Source: Mobula hypostoma (Eukaryota). From it: a DNA stretch of 64,000 nt. The stretch spans positions 21,762,001 through 21,826,000 of the forward strand of contig NC_086108.1 in assembly GCF_963921235.1 (NCBI RefSeq). The letters are read 5' to 3'. Numbering within the stretch: position 1 is the stretch's first letter; each line of letters starts with the position of its first letter. Shown one piece after another: positions 1-13,630 of this stretch. A program made the translations under genes and the position numbers. The notes beneath the pieces were generated by a model. The model did no database searches, was not told where the DNA came from, and worked only from the letters and a program-made list of their open reading frames with translations.

Positions 1-369
1 ACTACTCATCCAAAATCAAACTGCTGGAGCAACTCAGCAAGTCAACCAGAACCTGTGAATGGTGGGGGGTGGGGGTGGTGGGGGAGGTGGATAGAAAATG
101 TCAAAGTTTTGAGTGGAGGCCCTGCATCAGGATTTGAGATTCTGGAAGGGGAAGGAAGTTGATATAAAGAGAAGAGAAGGAATGAGACAGGGGTTGAAGG
201 GAGGACCATGGAGGAGTTGGGAATGATGGGCAGTCTTCATTCTCAACCTCCACACCAATCTCACACCCAAACCAAAGGTCATTTCACCAGCACAATGGAA
301 AAGCCCATACCTGTTACTCACAATTTCTGAGCTTGTAGGTTCTACTGATTGTCACCACACTATCAGTTA

Positions 370-1530
370 TTTCGTTAATTTAGTTTACTGTCATATACAC
401 TGGGATGTAATGAAATTCCTTGATCAAATGAAACTTACAGAGTAACAGCATACATGATAATAATAAATACAATAATGTGTGTAAAATAAAAGAATGGTAC
501 AAATTATAGTGTTGTATTATAGCAGCAAACTGAAGTAGGGCATAAGGAAACGTTAAACGGAAGAGGTAGAATCAAGGGTTCAAGAATGTGGCTGCACAAC
601 AGGAAAGGGGATGTGAAACGGGTGATTGGTTCAGAAGTCTGATGGCGTTGAGAAAGAAGTTCTTGAGTCTGGTCATCCAGGCTTTCAAGCTCCTCTATCT
701 TCTCCTAGAAGGAAGAAGATAAAAATGGGAATGGCCAGGGTGGTAAGCATCCTTAACTACACTGTTAGCCTTATTGATGTAACACACCATGGACTGGATG
801 GAAGGAAGTGATGAGTCTTTGACTGATTGGGCAAGGTTTACTTCTCTCTTCAGGTTCCAATGAGACAGCAGAGCAGTTGTCAGTCCAAGCCATGATGCAA
901 TCCATCAGGATACTCTCTATAGTGCATCTAGAAAGTTCAGATAATCCCTGTGGATGATCTAAATCTTATTATCCTCTTAACAAAGTGTATACCTGATGCA
1001 CTTCCTTGATCATTCGTTAATATGGTGAGACCACATCAGGTTTCTGGTGACAAGTATGCCAAGGAAATTGAAGCAGTTAACCATCTCCACAACAGTCCTT
1101 TGATGAGAACAGAGTAGGGTTCACCACTCCCAGCTCCCTGCTTCCTTAGGCCAGGAGCCAGCTTAGGTGTGTTGATGGCATTAAGGGTTAGGTACCATTT
1201 CACAAGATCAAGTTGGCGCTGAATTTGAACCTCTCAGGGAGTAGAACAGAGGAATGAGCATGGCAGCCCTTGGGAGCACCAGTACTGTGAATTAGGATGG
1301 ATGAAATGTTACCACCATTCCTACCAACTGAGGCCTGTCGGTCAGAAGGTCAAGAAGCCAGTCGCAGATGGGGTCCCAAGGCCTAGGTTCAAGAGTTTAC
1401 AATGAGATCATGTATTATGGTGTTGAAAGTTGAGCTGTAATCAATGAATAATATCTTAAGATGTGTATTCTTATTGTCAAGGTGATCCAAAGTTGAATGT
1501 AGTGCAAGGGAAATGAATCCTCTGTTGATT
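370..1530 (-). mobile_element. Degenerate Rex1/L2-class LINE RT fragment
   Basis: Decayed text resembles the better-preserved minus-strand copies at 55385-56900 and 63000-64000 (e.g. gtgttgaaagttgagctgtaatcaatgaa). No intact ORF; boundaries approximate. Confidence 0.5.
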
Positions 1531-2019
1531 TTTTTTTTGCCTGTATGTAAAATTACCTCCAGAAGGATGCAGGTTTGAAAATGATGGAAAAGACCAGATG
1601 ATCATTCAAACTAGACTCAACACCTAATGTTGGCAGCCACAGTCTATCTCCAAACTGTGCTCTCTGAATCCTTCCATGCACTGTGTAATTGAGAACTGGA
1701 TTTGTGTGTACACTTAAATTAATTAGGTCAATTAATTAAAATGAATCTCAAGGTTGTATATGGTGACATTTGTGTACTTTGATAATAAATTTACTTTGAA
1801 ATTCATTGAAGGTTCATTGTTATAGACCTCCACCTCTCACAGTTTTTACTTACTGGTCAAATTACAAGCAAAAAAGAAAAGATACATCTCCTTAATGGTT
1901 TGAAACAGCTGTGCATGGAACCTTGAGATCAGCACCCACCCAACCCCATCCCCATCCTCATCTTCCCTCAAGTACTGACACTTCAACAATATAGTAGATA
2001 TTTGGCATATTTACTACAA

Positions 2020-2595
2020 GGAGAGCAAATTACAGTATCCCTGCAGGTGCTCAAAGTGCTACACCTGCCTATTTACCTCCTCCCTAACCTCCATTCAGGG
2101 CCCCAGGTGAGGCAACACCTCACTTATGAATCTGCTGGGGTCGTCTATTGTGTCCCGGTGCTCTTTTGTGGCCTCCTCTACATCGGTTAGACCAGTCGTA
2201 AATTGGGGTACTGCTTCGTTGAGCACCTCTGTCCATTCACCATAAGTGGAACTTCCTGGTGGCCAAACATTTAATTCTGATTCCCGTTCCTGTTCCAATA
2301 TGTCAGTCCATGGTCTCCTCTTGTGCCATGATGAGGCCATACTCAGAGTGGAGAAGCAACACCTTATGTTCCATCTGGGTAGCCTCTAACCTGATGGCAT
2401 AAATATCTATTTCTTCTTCCAGTAAAATAATTCCCTTCTCCTCTCCTCTTCTATTCCCCACTCTGACCATTCACCTCTTTTCATCTGCCTACCACTTACC
2501 CCTGGGTCCCCTCCTCCTTCCCTTTCTCCTATGGTCCGCTCTCCTCTCCTATCAGATTTCTTTTTCTCCAGCACTTTACTTTTCCTATCCACCCT
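2020..2595 (+). mobile_element. Penelope-like element 3' fragment (GIY-YIG region plus pyrimidine-rich 3' region)
   Basis: Translates ..TYESAGVVYC..CGLLYIG (GIY-YIG endonuclease start). Same sequence family as 41500-41900 on the minus strand. Confidence 0.7.
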
Positions 2596-3055
2596 GCAGC
2601 AAGAGGCTGCATCACAGGCACTGCCCTCCCCACCATTGAAAGCATCTTCAGATGCTGAATGAAGAAGGTGGCATCCCTCATCAAAGTTTCCCATCACCCA
2701 GATTGTGCAGTTTTCTCACTGCTACCTTCAGACAGAAGGTACAGAAACCTGAAATTCCAGAGCACCCGGTTCAGTTACAGTTACAGCATATCCCTACAAC
2801 GAACCTGCACAATCCCAACTCTATCACAGCAATGGATCACTACGAATCACATTTTCCACTGTAGAACGTCTCTGATTATGACTTTATTTTTGCACTTGGT
2901 TTTTACACTGTCTTTTTTTCCTATCTTAGCTGTCTTGTAGAATTCATGAACAATTCATGTATATTTATTTTGTCTGTTGTGTGTTTTCTGTACCTATGTG
3001 CCTGTGATATTTTCTTTTGTTCCTGTGCCATACTTGTACACGTAGCAATAAACTC
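2596..3055 (+). mobile_element. Rex1/Babar LINE 3' fragment
   Basis: KKVASLIKVSHHPDCAVFSLLPSDRRYRNL matches the typical Rex1 ORF C-terminus; followed by a 3' UTR with aataaa. Confidence 0.65.
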
Positions 3056-3322
3056 ACTGTGTTTCATCCTTAATCATCTAATCCAGTTCTTTGTGACCAC
3101 TCTCTCTAAATGAGTACTCTCCTTAGATCTCTCTTTATTCCTCAATAATCCTCACTCATTACCCAATTGTTCCCTCAATTGGGGCGAGAAACTCAAATGT
3201 CTCCTATCTTTCCTCTTAATTCAGGTACTTTGCCACAAAGTATCTACCTTATGTATACTTCCTTCCTTGCAGCTGAATAACTCCATTGTATCCCAGTGAC
3301 CAAACTCAACACAGTGCTCAAG

Positions 3323-3505
3323 GTAGAGACGCAAGAGACTACAGATGCTGGAACTTGGAGAAGACACAAAACGCTGGAGGAACTCAACGGATCGGGCACC
3401 TGTGCAGCATCTAGGGAGGGAAATGGACAGTTGACATTTCAGGTTGAGAACCTTTGTCTGGACCTGAAACATCAACTGTCCATTTCCCTCCATAGATGCT
3501 GATTA
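3323..3505. mobile_element. Short Penelope-terminus fold-back insertion
   Basis: 12-bp TSD ACAGTGCTCAAG (3311-3322 / 3506-3517); internal inverted repeat cagcatcta..ggacagttga / tcaactgtcc..tagatgctg. Confidence 0.7.
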
Positions 3506-4096
3506 ACAGTGCTCAAGCTGCAGTGTGCACAGAGCTTTGGACAATATTAGCATGACAGCTGTCTTGGTCACAGGAGTTCAACAGTTCATTGGGTTTGTAG
3601 ACTGTTTTGTGCATCAATCAGATATTTGAGTCTAAACTCTGCAAGGTTTCCTGAATCTTTTTCAGATTCATCTTTGGCTATTTTAGTTGATTCATAGGGT
3701 TAAATAATGCTTAGTTTTCCTTCTTACATGCTTAGTGTCCATTAAATTTAATCTTCCATTGATCTCTGCCCTGCATTCAAATTTTGTTCAGTTACTCTGT
3801 AATTTCTCAGCTGTATCATTTGATTCCATTGATCATTCCAGTAGATCATCAAAAATCTGAGTTATTTACATGGAGTGCAAGTCATTAATATTAATGAGAA
3901 ACAGATGTTCTCAGCTCAAAGAGCTGGTGCCTCCCTACTCTGATCTCGCCTTCTCTCTCAACAGGACTCCTGTAGAAAGTCATAGACACCACTGCCTGTG
4001 GGTTCCTCTCCAAGTTGCACACCGTTCTTAATCAGAATCAGAATCAGGTTTCATATCACCGGCATATGTCATGAAATTGGTTAACTTTTACCAAAA

Positions 4097-6357
4097 CAGC
4101 ACTGTGCCGGTAATCTCACCAGAAATACTGCACCAGCACTGTGCCGGTAACCTCACCAGAAGCACTGCACAGCACTGTGCCGGTAACCTCACCAGAAGCA
4201 CTGCGCAGCACTGTGCCGGTAACCTCACCAGAAGCACTGCGCAGCACTGTGCCGGTAACTTCACCAGAAATACTGCACCAGCACTGTGCCGGTAACCTCA
4301 CCAGAAGCACTGCGCAGCACTGTGCCGGAAACCTCACCAAAAGCACTGCAGCAGCACTGTGCCGGTAACCTCACCAAAAGCACTGCAGCAGCACTGTGCC
4401 GGTAACCTCACCAGAAATACTGCAGCAGCACTGTGCCGGTAACCTCACCAGAAATACTGCGCAGCACTGTGCCGGTAACCTCACCAGAAATACTGCAGCA
4501 GCACTGTGCCGGTAACCTCACCAGAAGCACTGCGCAGCACTGTGCCGGTAACCTCACCAGAAATACTGCACCAGCACTGAGCCGGTAATCTCACCAGAAA
4601 TACTGCACCAGCACTGTGCCGGTAACCTCACCAGAAATACTGCACCAGCACTGTGCCGGTAACCTCACCAGAAGCACTGCGCAGCACTGTGCCGGTAACC
4701 TCACCAGAAATACTGCACCAGCACTGTGCCGGTAATCTCACCAGAAGCACTGCGCAGCACTGTGCCGGTAATCTCACCAGAAATACTGCACCAGCAATGT
4801 GCCGGTAACCTCACCAGAAGCACCAGCAGCACTGTGCCGGTAACCTCACCAGAAGCACTGCAGCAGCACTGTGCCGGTAACCTCACCAGAAGCACTGCGC
4901 AGCACTGTGCCGGTAATCTCACCAGAAATACTGCGCAGCACTGTGCCGGTAACCTCACCAGAAGCACTGCAGCAGCACTGTGCCGGTAACCTCACCAGAA
5001 GCACTGCAGCAGCACTGTGCCGGTAACCTCACCAGAAGCACTGCGCAGCACTGTGCCGGTAATCTCACCAGAAGCACTGCGCAGCACTGTGCCGGTAACC
5101 TCACCAGAAATACTGCACCAGCACTGTGCCGGTAACCTCACCAGAAATACTGCAGCAGCACTGTGCTGGTAACCTCACCAGAAGCACTGCGCAGCACTGT
5201 GCCGGTAACCTCACCAGAAATACTGCACCAGCAATGTGCCGGTAATCTCACCAAAAGCACTGCAGCAGCACTGTGCCGGTAATCTCACCAGAAGCACTGC
5301 GCAGCACTGTGCCGGTAATCTCACCAGAAGTACTGCACCAGCAATGTGCCGGTAACCTCACCAGAAATACTGCACCAGCACTGTGCCGGTAACCTCACCA
5401 GAAGTACTGCGCAGCACTGTGCCGGTAACCTCACCAGAAGCACTGCGCAGCACTGTGCCGGTAACCTCACCAGAAGCACTGCGCAGCACTGTGCCGGTAA
5501 CCTCACCAAAAGCACTGCAGCAGCACTGTGCCGGTAACCTCACCAGAAATACTGCAGCAGCACTGTGCCGGTAACCTCACCAGAAGCACTGCGCAGCACT
5601 GTGCCGGTAACCTCACCAGAAATACTGCACCAGCACTGTGCCGGTAATCTCACCAGAAGCACTGCGCAGCACTGTGCCGGTAACCTCACCAGAAATACTG
5701 CACCAGCACTGTGCCGGTAATCTCACCAGAAGCACTGCGCAGCACTGTGCCGGTAATCTCACCAGAAATACTGCACCAGCACTGTGCCGGTAACCTCACC
5801 AGAAGCACCAGCAGCACTGTGCCGGTAACCTCACCAGAAGTACTGCAGCAGCACTGTGCCGGTAATCTCACCAGAAATACTGCACCAGCACTGTGCCGGT
5901 AACCTCACCAGAAGCACTGCGCAGCACTGTGCCGGTAACCTCACCAGAAGCACCAGCAGCACTGTGCCGGTAACCTCACCAGAAGCACTGCGCAGCACTG
6001 TGCCGGTAACCTCACCAGAAGCACTGCGCAGCACTGTGCCGGTAACCTCACCAGAAGCACTGCAGCAGCACTGTGCCGGTAATCTCACCAGAAATACTGC
6101 ACCAGCACTGTGCCGGTAACCTCACCAGAAGCACTGCGCAGCACTGTGCCGGTAACCTCACCAGAAGCACTGCAGCAGCACTGTGCCGGTAACCTCACCA
6201 GAAGCACCAGCACTGAGCCAGTAACCTCACCAGAAATACTGCGCAGCACTGTGCCGGTAACCTCACCAGAAGCACTGCAGCAGCACTGTGCCGGTAACCT
6301 CACCAGAAGTACTGCGCAGCACTGTGCCGGTAACCTCACCAGAAGCACTGCAGCAGC
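4097..6357. repeat. Minisatellite/VNTR, 35-37 bp unit, about 60 copies
   Basis: Head-to-tail units CAGCACTGTGCCGGTAA(C/T)CTCACCAGAA + variable end (GCACTGCG / ATACTGCAC / GCACTGCAG / GCACCAG); no unique spacers. Confidence 0.97.
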
Positions 6358-9149
6358 AAACAGTTGAGAGATGGACAATAAAGACTGACCTTACCAGCAA
6401 TGTCCAGATGCTGACAATTAGATTTTAAAACCAACCATTCTATCATTTCATTTTCTCATTCATTCCTTTTCTTCCGAATTGTCACAACTGGAACATACTT
6501 ACATAGACTCTCTAGCTTAACTTTCTCATCATCCAGATAAACTCTTTGCCCATGTATCACACCTGAATGAATTGATCTGCTGTTCATCTCTGGTTCACAT
6601 TGAATCCTCTTTGTGTCATGATGCTGCAAGTTCATCTTTAATTGAAACCTAATAAGCCATAAAGTTAATGCCAAGAAGATGAACAATTGAATGTCTCCCA
6701 AAAGAACATTAGGACAAGAATGAAACTGCATTAAATCTCTGCAGATACTGAGTTCAGGTCACACCAGAACAATTCTCTTTTTGCCCATTGTTTCTATCCT
6801 GCTCCCAACCACTGACTGATACATACCAAAGGGATTTTGCAACTATCATTAAATTTGAGACACTGGAGTCTGCAGATGCTGGAATCTGCAGTGCCAGAAA
6901 ATCCCAGCCTATTGGAGACACTCTGCAGATCATACAACAACTGTGGGGGAGAAAAGATTATCAGCATTTCTGTTCAACAATACCCTTCTCCCCACATATG
7001 CTGAGTTCCTCCATCAGTTTATGTTTTCCTCCATCATTCAATCTGATTTTGAACAGAGACTGCTTCCCCTTACATTTCCATGTCCAAAATGCCTTTGTCA
7101 CCTCTCTAATACATCCACGTTCCCCATACTTCATCTTATCAGATGTTGAAACACAATTTTTTTAAACTTTTGATCTGTCTTTCAGGTGTCCCCCTGCCAG
7201 CCTAAATCCATGCATTCTGAAAATTTCAGCTCATCTAAAAACCTGCAGTCAATATTAGGTCCTGTTCATTTATCTCCTCTGTGCTCACCAATTCATAGAC
7301 TGACTCTTGTTTGAACAGGGAGTACCTTGGTTATCAAATTTTCGCAATTTTCAAAATCCTTCATGGCTTCACCCCTCTTGTTCTTGCAATTATCCCCAGC
7401 CTATCACAATCTAAGATGTCAGTGTACTTTCCCAATTTTAACTTTTACACCAGTGGCGGCTGTGCCTGAAACATTTGCAGCCTTAATCTCTGGGATTCCC
7501 TCCCAGAATCTCTACACTTCCCAAGATCTTGCTTTGTGCTTCTTATTATCTGTTTCTTTACCACGTTTTGGTTACCTGTTCAAGAATTTGCCTGTTGGCT
7601 GAATATCAGTCCTTGGATGTTTACACTCCTGTGACTTGCCTTTTTATTTAATCGAAAGTGTAAGTTAAATGCAATTTATGCATATGTTTGTGAAAGGGAG
7701 AGGGAGAGAGAAAGAGTGTCTCTCTTGTGCAGGCATGTGATGAGTGTGTGTGGCATGTGTTCTACACACGGGCACACGTGCAGGGCATTTCTGTATGTGT
7801 GTGTATATTTCTATTATATGCATGCAAGTTTCTCTTTATTCTTTTTATAGCCACACACCCAAATGGGACAGAATCCAACTCCTGAGCAAGAAAACAAGTG
7901 CTGCATTGTTCAAATTGAGTAAATAATTTCTCAGTTCAGAAGTTTCACTATGGACTCCCACATGCTTATCAAGAATAAAGAGGGAGGAACAGTATCAACA
8001 CTCAAGACTCCAACACAACAAAGGCCCCTTCATGAATTGTTTATTTATTTCATTTATTACTCATCTTCCTGTGAGTAGCAAGCACAGCCCCAGGGCAGGG
8101 AGATGTAATTAGCTGCTAAATTTACCTGGAGATGTTGAAAAGAGGGAAAACTGAAGCCAAAAATTCCCCAAACACAGCACACCACAGCGACTTACAGAAA
8201 ATACATTTCTTTAATTCAGTCTGTGAAAACTGTTCAATTTTGTCATTAGCACAAAGGAAAGGCAAGGTCAATGTCAATTTTCCATCCTCAACTATCGTGG
8301 TCTGTCAATTGACAGATCATCTTGAGTGAACTGCAGAGCTGTCTGGAGTCAGGTGTTGACAAGACAGGGAATGGGTGGTAGATTTCCTTCTCAAAAAGGC
8401 ACATATGAATCTGATTATTTTAAAAAAGAAAATCAGGTTATTTCATGATCAGCTTTCAGCCTTCACAATTCAGCTTTAATTAATTAATTCTCATGCACCC
8501 CACCCCGTGTCTTTGAAGGGATTAGGACATATTTAAGGTATCATTTTTGAACAATGATTTTCCTAGTTCTAAGAACAAAACTCTCCTATCAGGCTCCATA
8601 AAGTCTGAACTGAATCAAGATAAACTCTTATTTATGCATATTTTCAAAAGAAGGCAAGTTACCACATGACAATTAATAACGACACTTGCAGCTCGTAAAG
8701 AAAGTCATAATTAACTTATTTCTGTTTATACCTTCTCAGATTTGGCCTAACACAATAAAAAGTGCTGCCAAATGTTGTATGTGCAACCTCTGCATTCTTG
8801 ACTGCTGCATTTGGTACACATTTTTCCCCAAAGTAAAGAATTGCTTTACAGTTTTTTTGCAACTTGAATTGGAAGAAGGATAGGAGCAGCTACATAGCAT
8901 GTTGGTGAGTTCACACTTGTAGTACTGCTTCTAGTTTGCTCCTTAAGGAGGAGTGTATACTAGCATTGGAGATCATTTGGAGAAGGTTCGCAGGGTTGAT
9001 TTTTGAGATGAAGGAGATGCTTTATGAGGAAAGGTCGAATAGATTTTTTTCTGTATTCATCAGAAGAATTGTAAAGGCATTCTCTTGAATATATTCAAAG
9101 CCGAGATGGACTGAATTTGGACAACAGAGATGTCCTGCGTTTTGGATAC

Positions 9150-9441
9150 CTGGCAGGATTTGGTTGCATCACAGCCTGGTGCAGAGGCTCTAAAGCTCAG
9201 GGTTGCAAGCTTAGCCAGCGCCATCACACGCACAACTCTCCCCATCATCAAGGGCATCTTCACAAGGTGATGCCTCAGTAAGGTGGCATCCACCATTAGT
9301 GACCCTCACCATCTGGGACTTGCTCTCTTCTTGCTACTACCATCAGAGAGGAGCTACAGGAGCTTGAACTCCCATACTCAATGACTTAGAAGCTCCCTCT
9401 TCCCCTGCACCAACAGATTTCTGAACAGACCAAGCCACTAC
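9150..9441 (+). mobile_element. Rex1/Babar LINE 3' fragment, split by the LTR insertion and resuming after 12005
   Basis: ggttgcatcacagcctggt..gaccctcaccatctgggac..ctaccatcagagaggagctacaggagc; AT-rich 3' UTR continues at 12006-12130. Confidence 0.65.
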
Positions 9442-12000
9442 TGTCATAAGGGGGGCGCTGAAGGCAGACCCAAATGCAAGACACAGACACTGAAGTACTA
9501 GGAACAGGACTAGGTTTGTCAGGAAAGCAAGGGAAGAATCAACGCTGGACATTGACACAGGCCCTGGATGAGACAAGGACACGGGGCCTGATCTAGGACT
9601 AAGGCTAGGAAAGCGGGACCAGGACAAGGAACTTGGAATTAGGAGCCTGGGCTCAGACTCCGAACCAGAGACTGGACAGGGATACGGAACCTGAGTCTTG
9701 ACTTGGGCTCGAACCCCGGATCTAGGTGGGGGATGAGACGTGGCTACAGGGCAAGGCACATAGACAGGACAAGAACACAAAGCCATGACTTGGACAGGAC
9801 AAGGATCTTGACGTGGCTTGGACAGGACGAGGTTCTTGGACGTGGCTTGGACAGGACGAGAGAACTCCCGGGCTGGGCAAGGGAACTCCAGCACAGGACA
9901 TAGCTCTTGAACTAGATTTGGTTTGGCTCTTGGACTCGGCTGGTTAGGCTCTTGGGTATGGAGCTGGGACTCCTCCTTGGACACAGGGCTGGGACCCTTC
10001 CTAGGACGTAGGGCCAGGATGACTGTCAAGGTAAACTGCCAAGGATTCGGATGGGGATGATCCAGCACAGGACGAGGAATCTCCAGCACCAGGCTGGGCA
10101 AGGTACTCCTGGGCTGGGCGAGGACATGAAGCTCAGACTTGGACAGGGCTGGAACACGGTGCCTGGACTTGGTCTTGGAACACAGGAACACAGAGCCTTG
10201 GACTTGAGCACAGGAACACAGAGTACAGAGCCGGGACCCCTCCTTGGGGAGCACAGAACGTAGGGCTGGGATTCGTACACAGAACACAGATACTAAACAT
10301 GGGGACACAAAGAGACAGTTTCAAACTCAACGATAGATAGTTCCTTCCCTTGGCGTGGCAAGGCTCCGGTCTCACTCCGGCAGTTGAACTTGATGGGGAT
10401 ACTGACAAAGTTGCAGGCGGAGGTTCAGAAGGGAAGGGAACAGTCCTGCCAACAATCCCTGGTTTGCAGAGGTATTTATGTGCCAGACTGAAATGAGAAT
10501 CAGGTGCCTCAATTAAGGCATCCAACCGAACAAGGGAGAAAACAGGAAAACACGGAACAAGGATGAACCGGAATGCGGACTTCACAGACCAGACCATGAC
10601 AGTATCACCCCCACCCCCCATTGGAGTCTCCTGGTGACCCAAAAGGCTTTGCCAGACTATGGACTACATGGGCGGGTGGGGGGGGGTGCATTCAACAGGA
10701 GGGAACCCAGGATGGTGAGAGTAAAACAACAGTATCTGTGTCGCTGGGTCCATGCTTGACTGGACTGTTCTGTCATAAGGGGGCACTGAAGGCGGTCCCA
10801 AATGCAAGACACAGACACTGAAGTACTAGGAACAGGACTAGGTTTGTCAAGAAAGCAAGGGAAGAATCAACGCTGGACATCGACACAGGCCCTGGATGAG
10901 ACAAGGACACCGGGCCTGGGCCAGGACTAAGACTAGGAAAGCGGGACCAGGACAAGGAACTTGGAACTAGGAGCCTGGGCTAGAACTCCGGGCCAGAGAC
11001 TGGACAGGGACCCGGAACCTGGGTCTTGACTCGGTCTTGGACCCTGGATCTAGGTGAGGATGAGACATGGCTACAGGACTGGACGTGGAACTCCTGCACA
11101 GGACAAGGCACATGGACAGGATGAGAACACAAAGCCATGACTTAGACAGGATGAGGTTCTTGGACGTGGCTTGGACAGGACGAGAGACTCTAGCACAGGA
11201 AGAGAGAACTCCAGCACAGGATGAGGCACTCCCAAGTTGGGCGAGGTACTCCTGGGCTAAGCAAGGAATCTCCAGCACAGGACATGGCTCTTGAACTGGG
11301 TTTGGCCCAGCTCTTGGACTCGGCTTGGTTAGGCTCTTGGGTACGGAGCTGGGATTCCTCCTTGGAGCGCAGAGCAGGGACCCTTTCTAGGATGCAGGGC
11401 CGGGACCCTTTCTTGGACGCAGGGCCAGGATGACTGCTGAGGTAAACTGTCAAGCTAAACTGCCAAGGATTCGGATGGGGACAATCCAGCACAGGACGAG
11501 GAATCTCCAGCACCAGGCTGGGCAAGGTACTCCTGGTCTGGGCGAGGACATGAAGCTCAGATTTGGACAGGGCTGGAACATGGCATCTGGACTTGGTCTT
11601 GGAACACAGGAACACAGAGCACAGAGCTGGGACCCCTCCTTGGGGAGCACAGGTCATAGGGCCGGGACTCGTACACAGACACAGACACTAAACACAGGGA
11701 CACAAAGAGACAGTTCCAAACTCAATGATAGATAGTTCCCTCTCTTGGCGTGGTAGGGCTCCGGTCTCACTCCGGCTGTTGAACTTGATGGGGATACTGA
11801 TGAGGTTGCAGGCGGAGGTGCAGAAGGGAAGGGAACAATCCCTGGTTTGCAGAGGTATTTATGTACCAGACTGAAATGAGAATCAGGTGCCTCAATTAAG
11901 GCACCCAACCGAACAAGGGAGAAAACAGGAAAACCCAGAGCAAGGATCCATTGACTGGAGCGTGAACCGGAATATGGACTTCACGGACCGGACCATGACG
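9442..12000 (-). mobile_element. Non-autonomous sushi/Tf1-type Gypsy LTR element: two ~1.2 kb LTRs around a 169 bp internal remnant
   Basis: LTRs 9442-10601 and 10771-12000 (TGTCA..TGAC[A/G]); 5-bp TSD ACTAC (9437-9441 / 12001-12005). On the minus strand GAACAGTCCAGTCAAGC ATG GAC CCA GCG (MDPA gag start) follows the 5' LTR, and a G-rich PPT precedes the 3' LTR. Confidence 0.9.
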
Positions 12001-13309
12001 ACTACTTTATTTTTGTTTACCTTATTTATTTACTTCTATTATTTATAGATTTTTGTTTTTGCCCTGTACTACTGGCACAAAATAACAAGTTTCATGTCAT
12101 TGGACAGTGATAATCGATCTGATCGATTCTGAAGTTGGAGGTGAAGTTGATGATCATGATGAATAGTTCAATGGGCTGTTTGAGCTCCGGTTTCCTTTGT
12201 GCTCATGACAAAATTAAACAGTTTTTATAGGCTTCATGTGGCCCTTTTTCTTTACTACACATTTTCATTTTCAAGAAAATATTGTGCAAAGAACTTGCTG
12301 ATTTTAGAGATATGCATGGCTTATGTTAACCATGTACACTTTGTACATTGCTATGAGTAGAAAGCGCCTTACATTCAAACGCACAACATAAGTAGATTTA
12401 TTGAGCATGTGTTTCTTTATTTAGAAATAGTTTCATTTGATAACCAATACATTCTTAGAACTATCAAAAACAGAGAGACTGTTTATTTAAATGAAAATTG
12501 ATTATTTCCAGATTAAAAGTTATTTCAAGTCACTCTGGAACTTCGTCCAAACACATCCCATCAGGAATCATGCATTCACTGGTGATGTGTTTTTGGCATC
12601 AGAAATGCCTCAGTCAATGCTGTTCTTTCAGCAACACAATTTTAAGAATTTCCGTTGAATTTGGGTCACAGTCTTCTGAAGCAAGGCAGTCATTGGATGC
12701 TCCCGAGACACTTTGTTTCTTTGTTGGGGGTTGGGGTTTGTCTGCACGCCATTAATTGAAGGGACATTTCAACTTTGATCTACAGTATCAACAGACTGCT
12801 GAACACTCTGGAAGCTAATGACTTAATCTGAATCCTACTTCCATTGACCTCGGAGGTTACATTCACATTTCAACACTTCAAATGCAATAGGCCATACACT
12901 GGTACTGCTGCTGGTTTCCTCAGAGCTATCAGACGGTCCACAAGCAAGGTCAGAAAACCTGAGGGAGGTGGGATATAAATGCTCATTCGCACATACAACA
13001 TCCATAAAGAATCTATGAATCTATTCTGATTCTAATTCTGATAAAACCATACACCCACATTCAAGGAAGAGCCATCACAGCCTCAGGTTTATTGAACCAA
13101 GCAGATCCAATGATGTGACCTTCTGCAGACCTCCAGGCTCACTCCGGTGCCTGAAGTGCTTTGTCAGTCAAGACTGAGGTCATGTTCAGACTTAAATGGT
13201 CTTGTTTTGGTGATTACAGCATTAGGAAGAACACCTGATTTATCTACACAGATCACTCCTAAATACAGAACCTCAGACCTCTCAAAGAATAAAGGCTGGT
13301 GAAGGCATC

Positions 13310-13630
13310 ATGGGCAGCATAATGGTGCAGCAAGCAATGTTGCTTTCTATCAGCTCCAGTGACCCGAGTTATGTTGGGTTCTTGGTTGCAGTGTCTGTGG
13401 AGCTTACACATTTTTCTTATGACCGCGTGGATTGATGCCAGATGCATCCTAAAGACAAATTGGCCACTGTAAATTACCCCATAGTCCAAATCAATGACAA
13501 ATTAAAGGATAAGTGATAGACATCTGTGAAAGGATAAGCTGCAGCTCTACATGAGAAATGAAGAGGAGGCTGGAAATACGATTCCTCTGCTGGGACACCT
13601 AAATGGTGTGAATGACCTCCTTCTGTGTCA
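13310..13630 (+). mobile_element. Degenerate V-SINE/HE1-like SINE
   Basis: tRNA-like head followed by V-domain-like gtctgtggagcttacacatttttcttatgaccgcgtgg; related to 42825-43060. Confidence 0.55.

Noticed and set aside
4097..6357. CRISPR-like array (36-37 bp repeats)
   Set aside because: Units are contiguous with no unique spacers, no cas genes, and the context is a vertebrate genome.
4071..6378. Many overlapping repetitive ORFs (STVPVTSPEALR / HCAGNLTRS)
   Set aside because: By-product of 36-bp units; 35/37-bp units shift the frame constantly and there is no splice context.
9343..10308. 321-aa ORF
   Set aside because: Lies within an LTR, runs out into flanking LINE sequence, has no domain motifs and is broken in the sister LTR.
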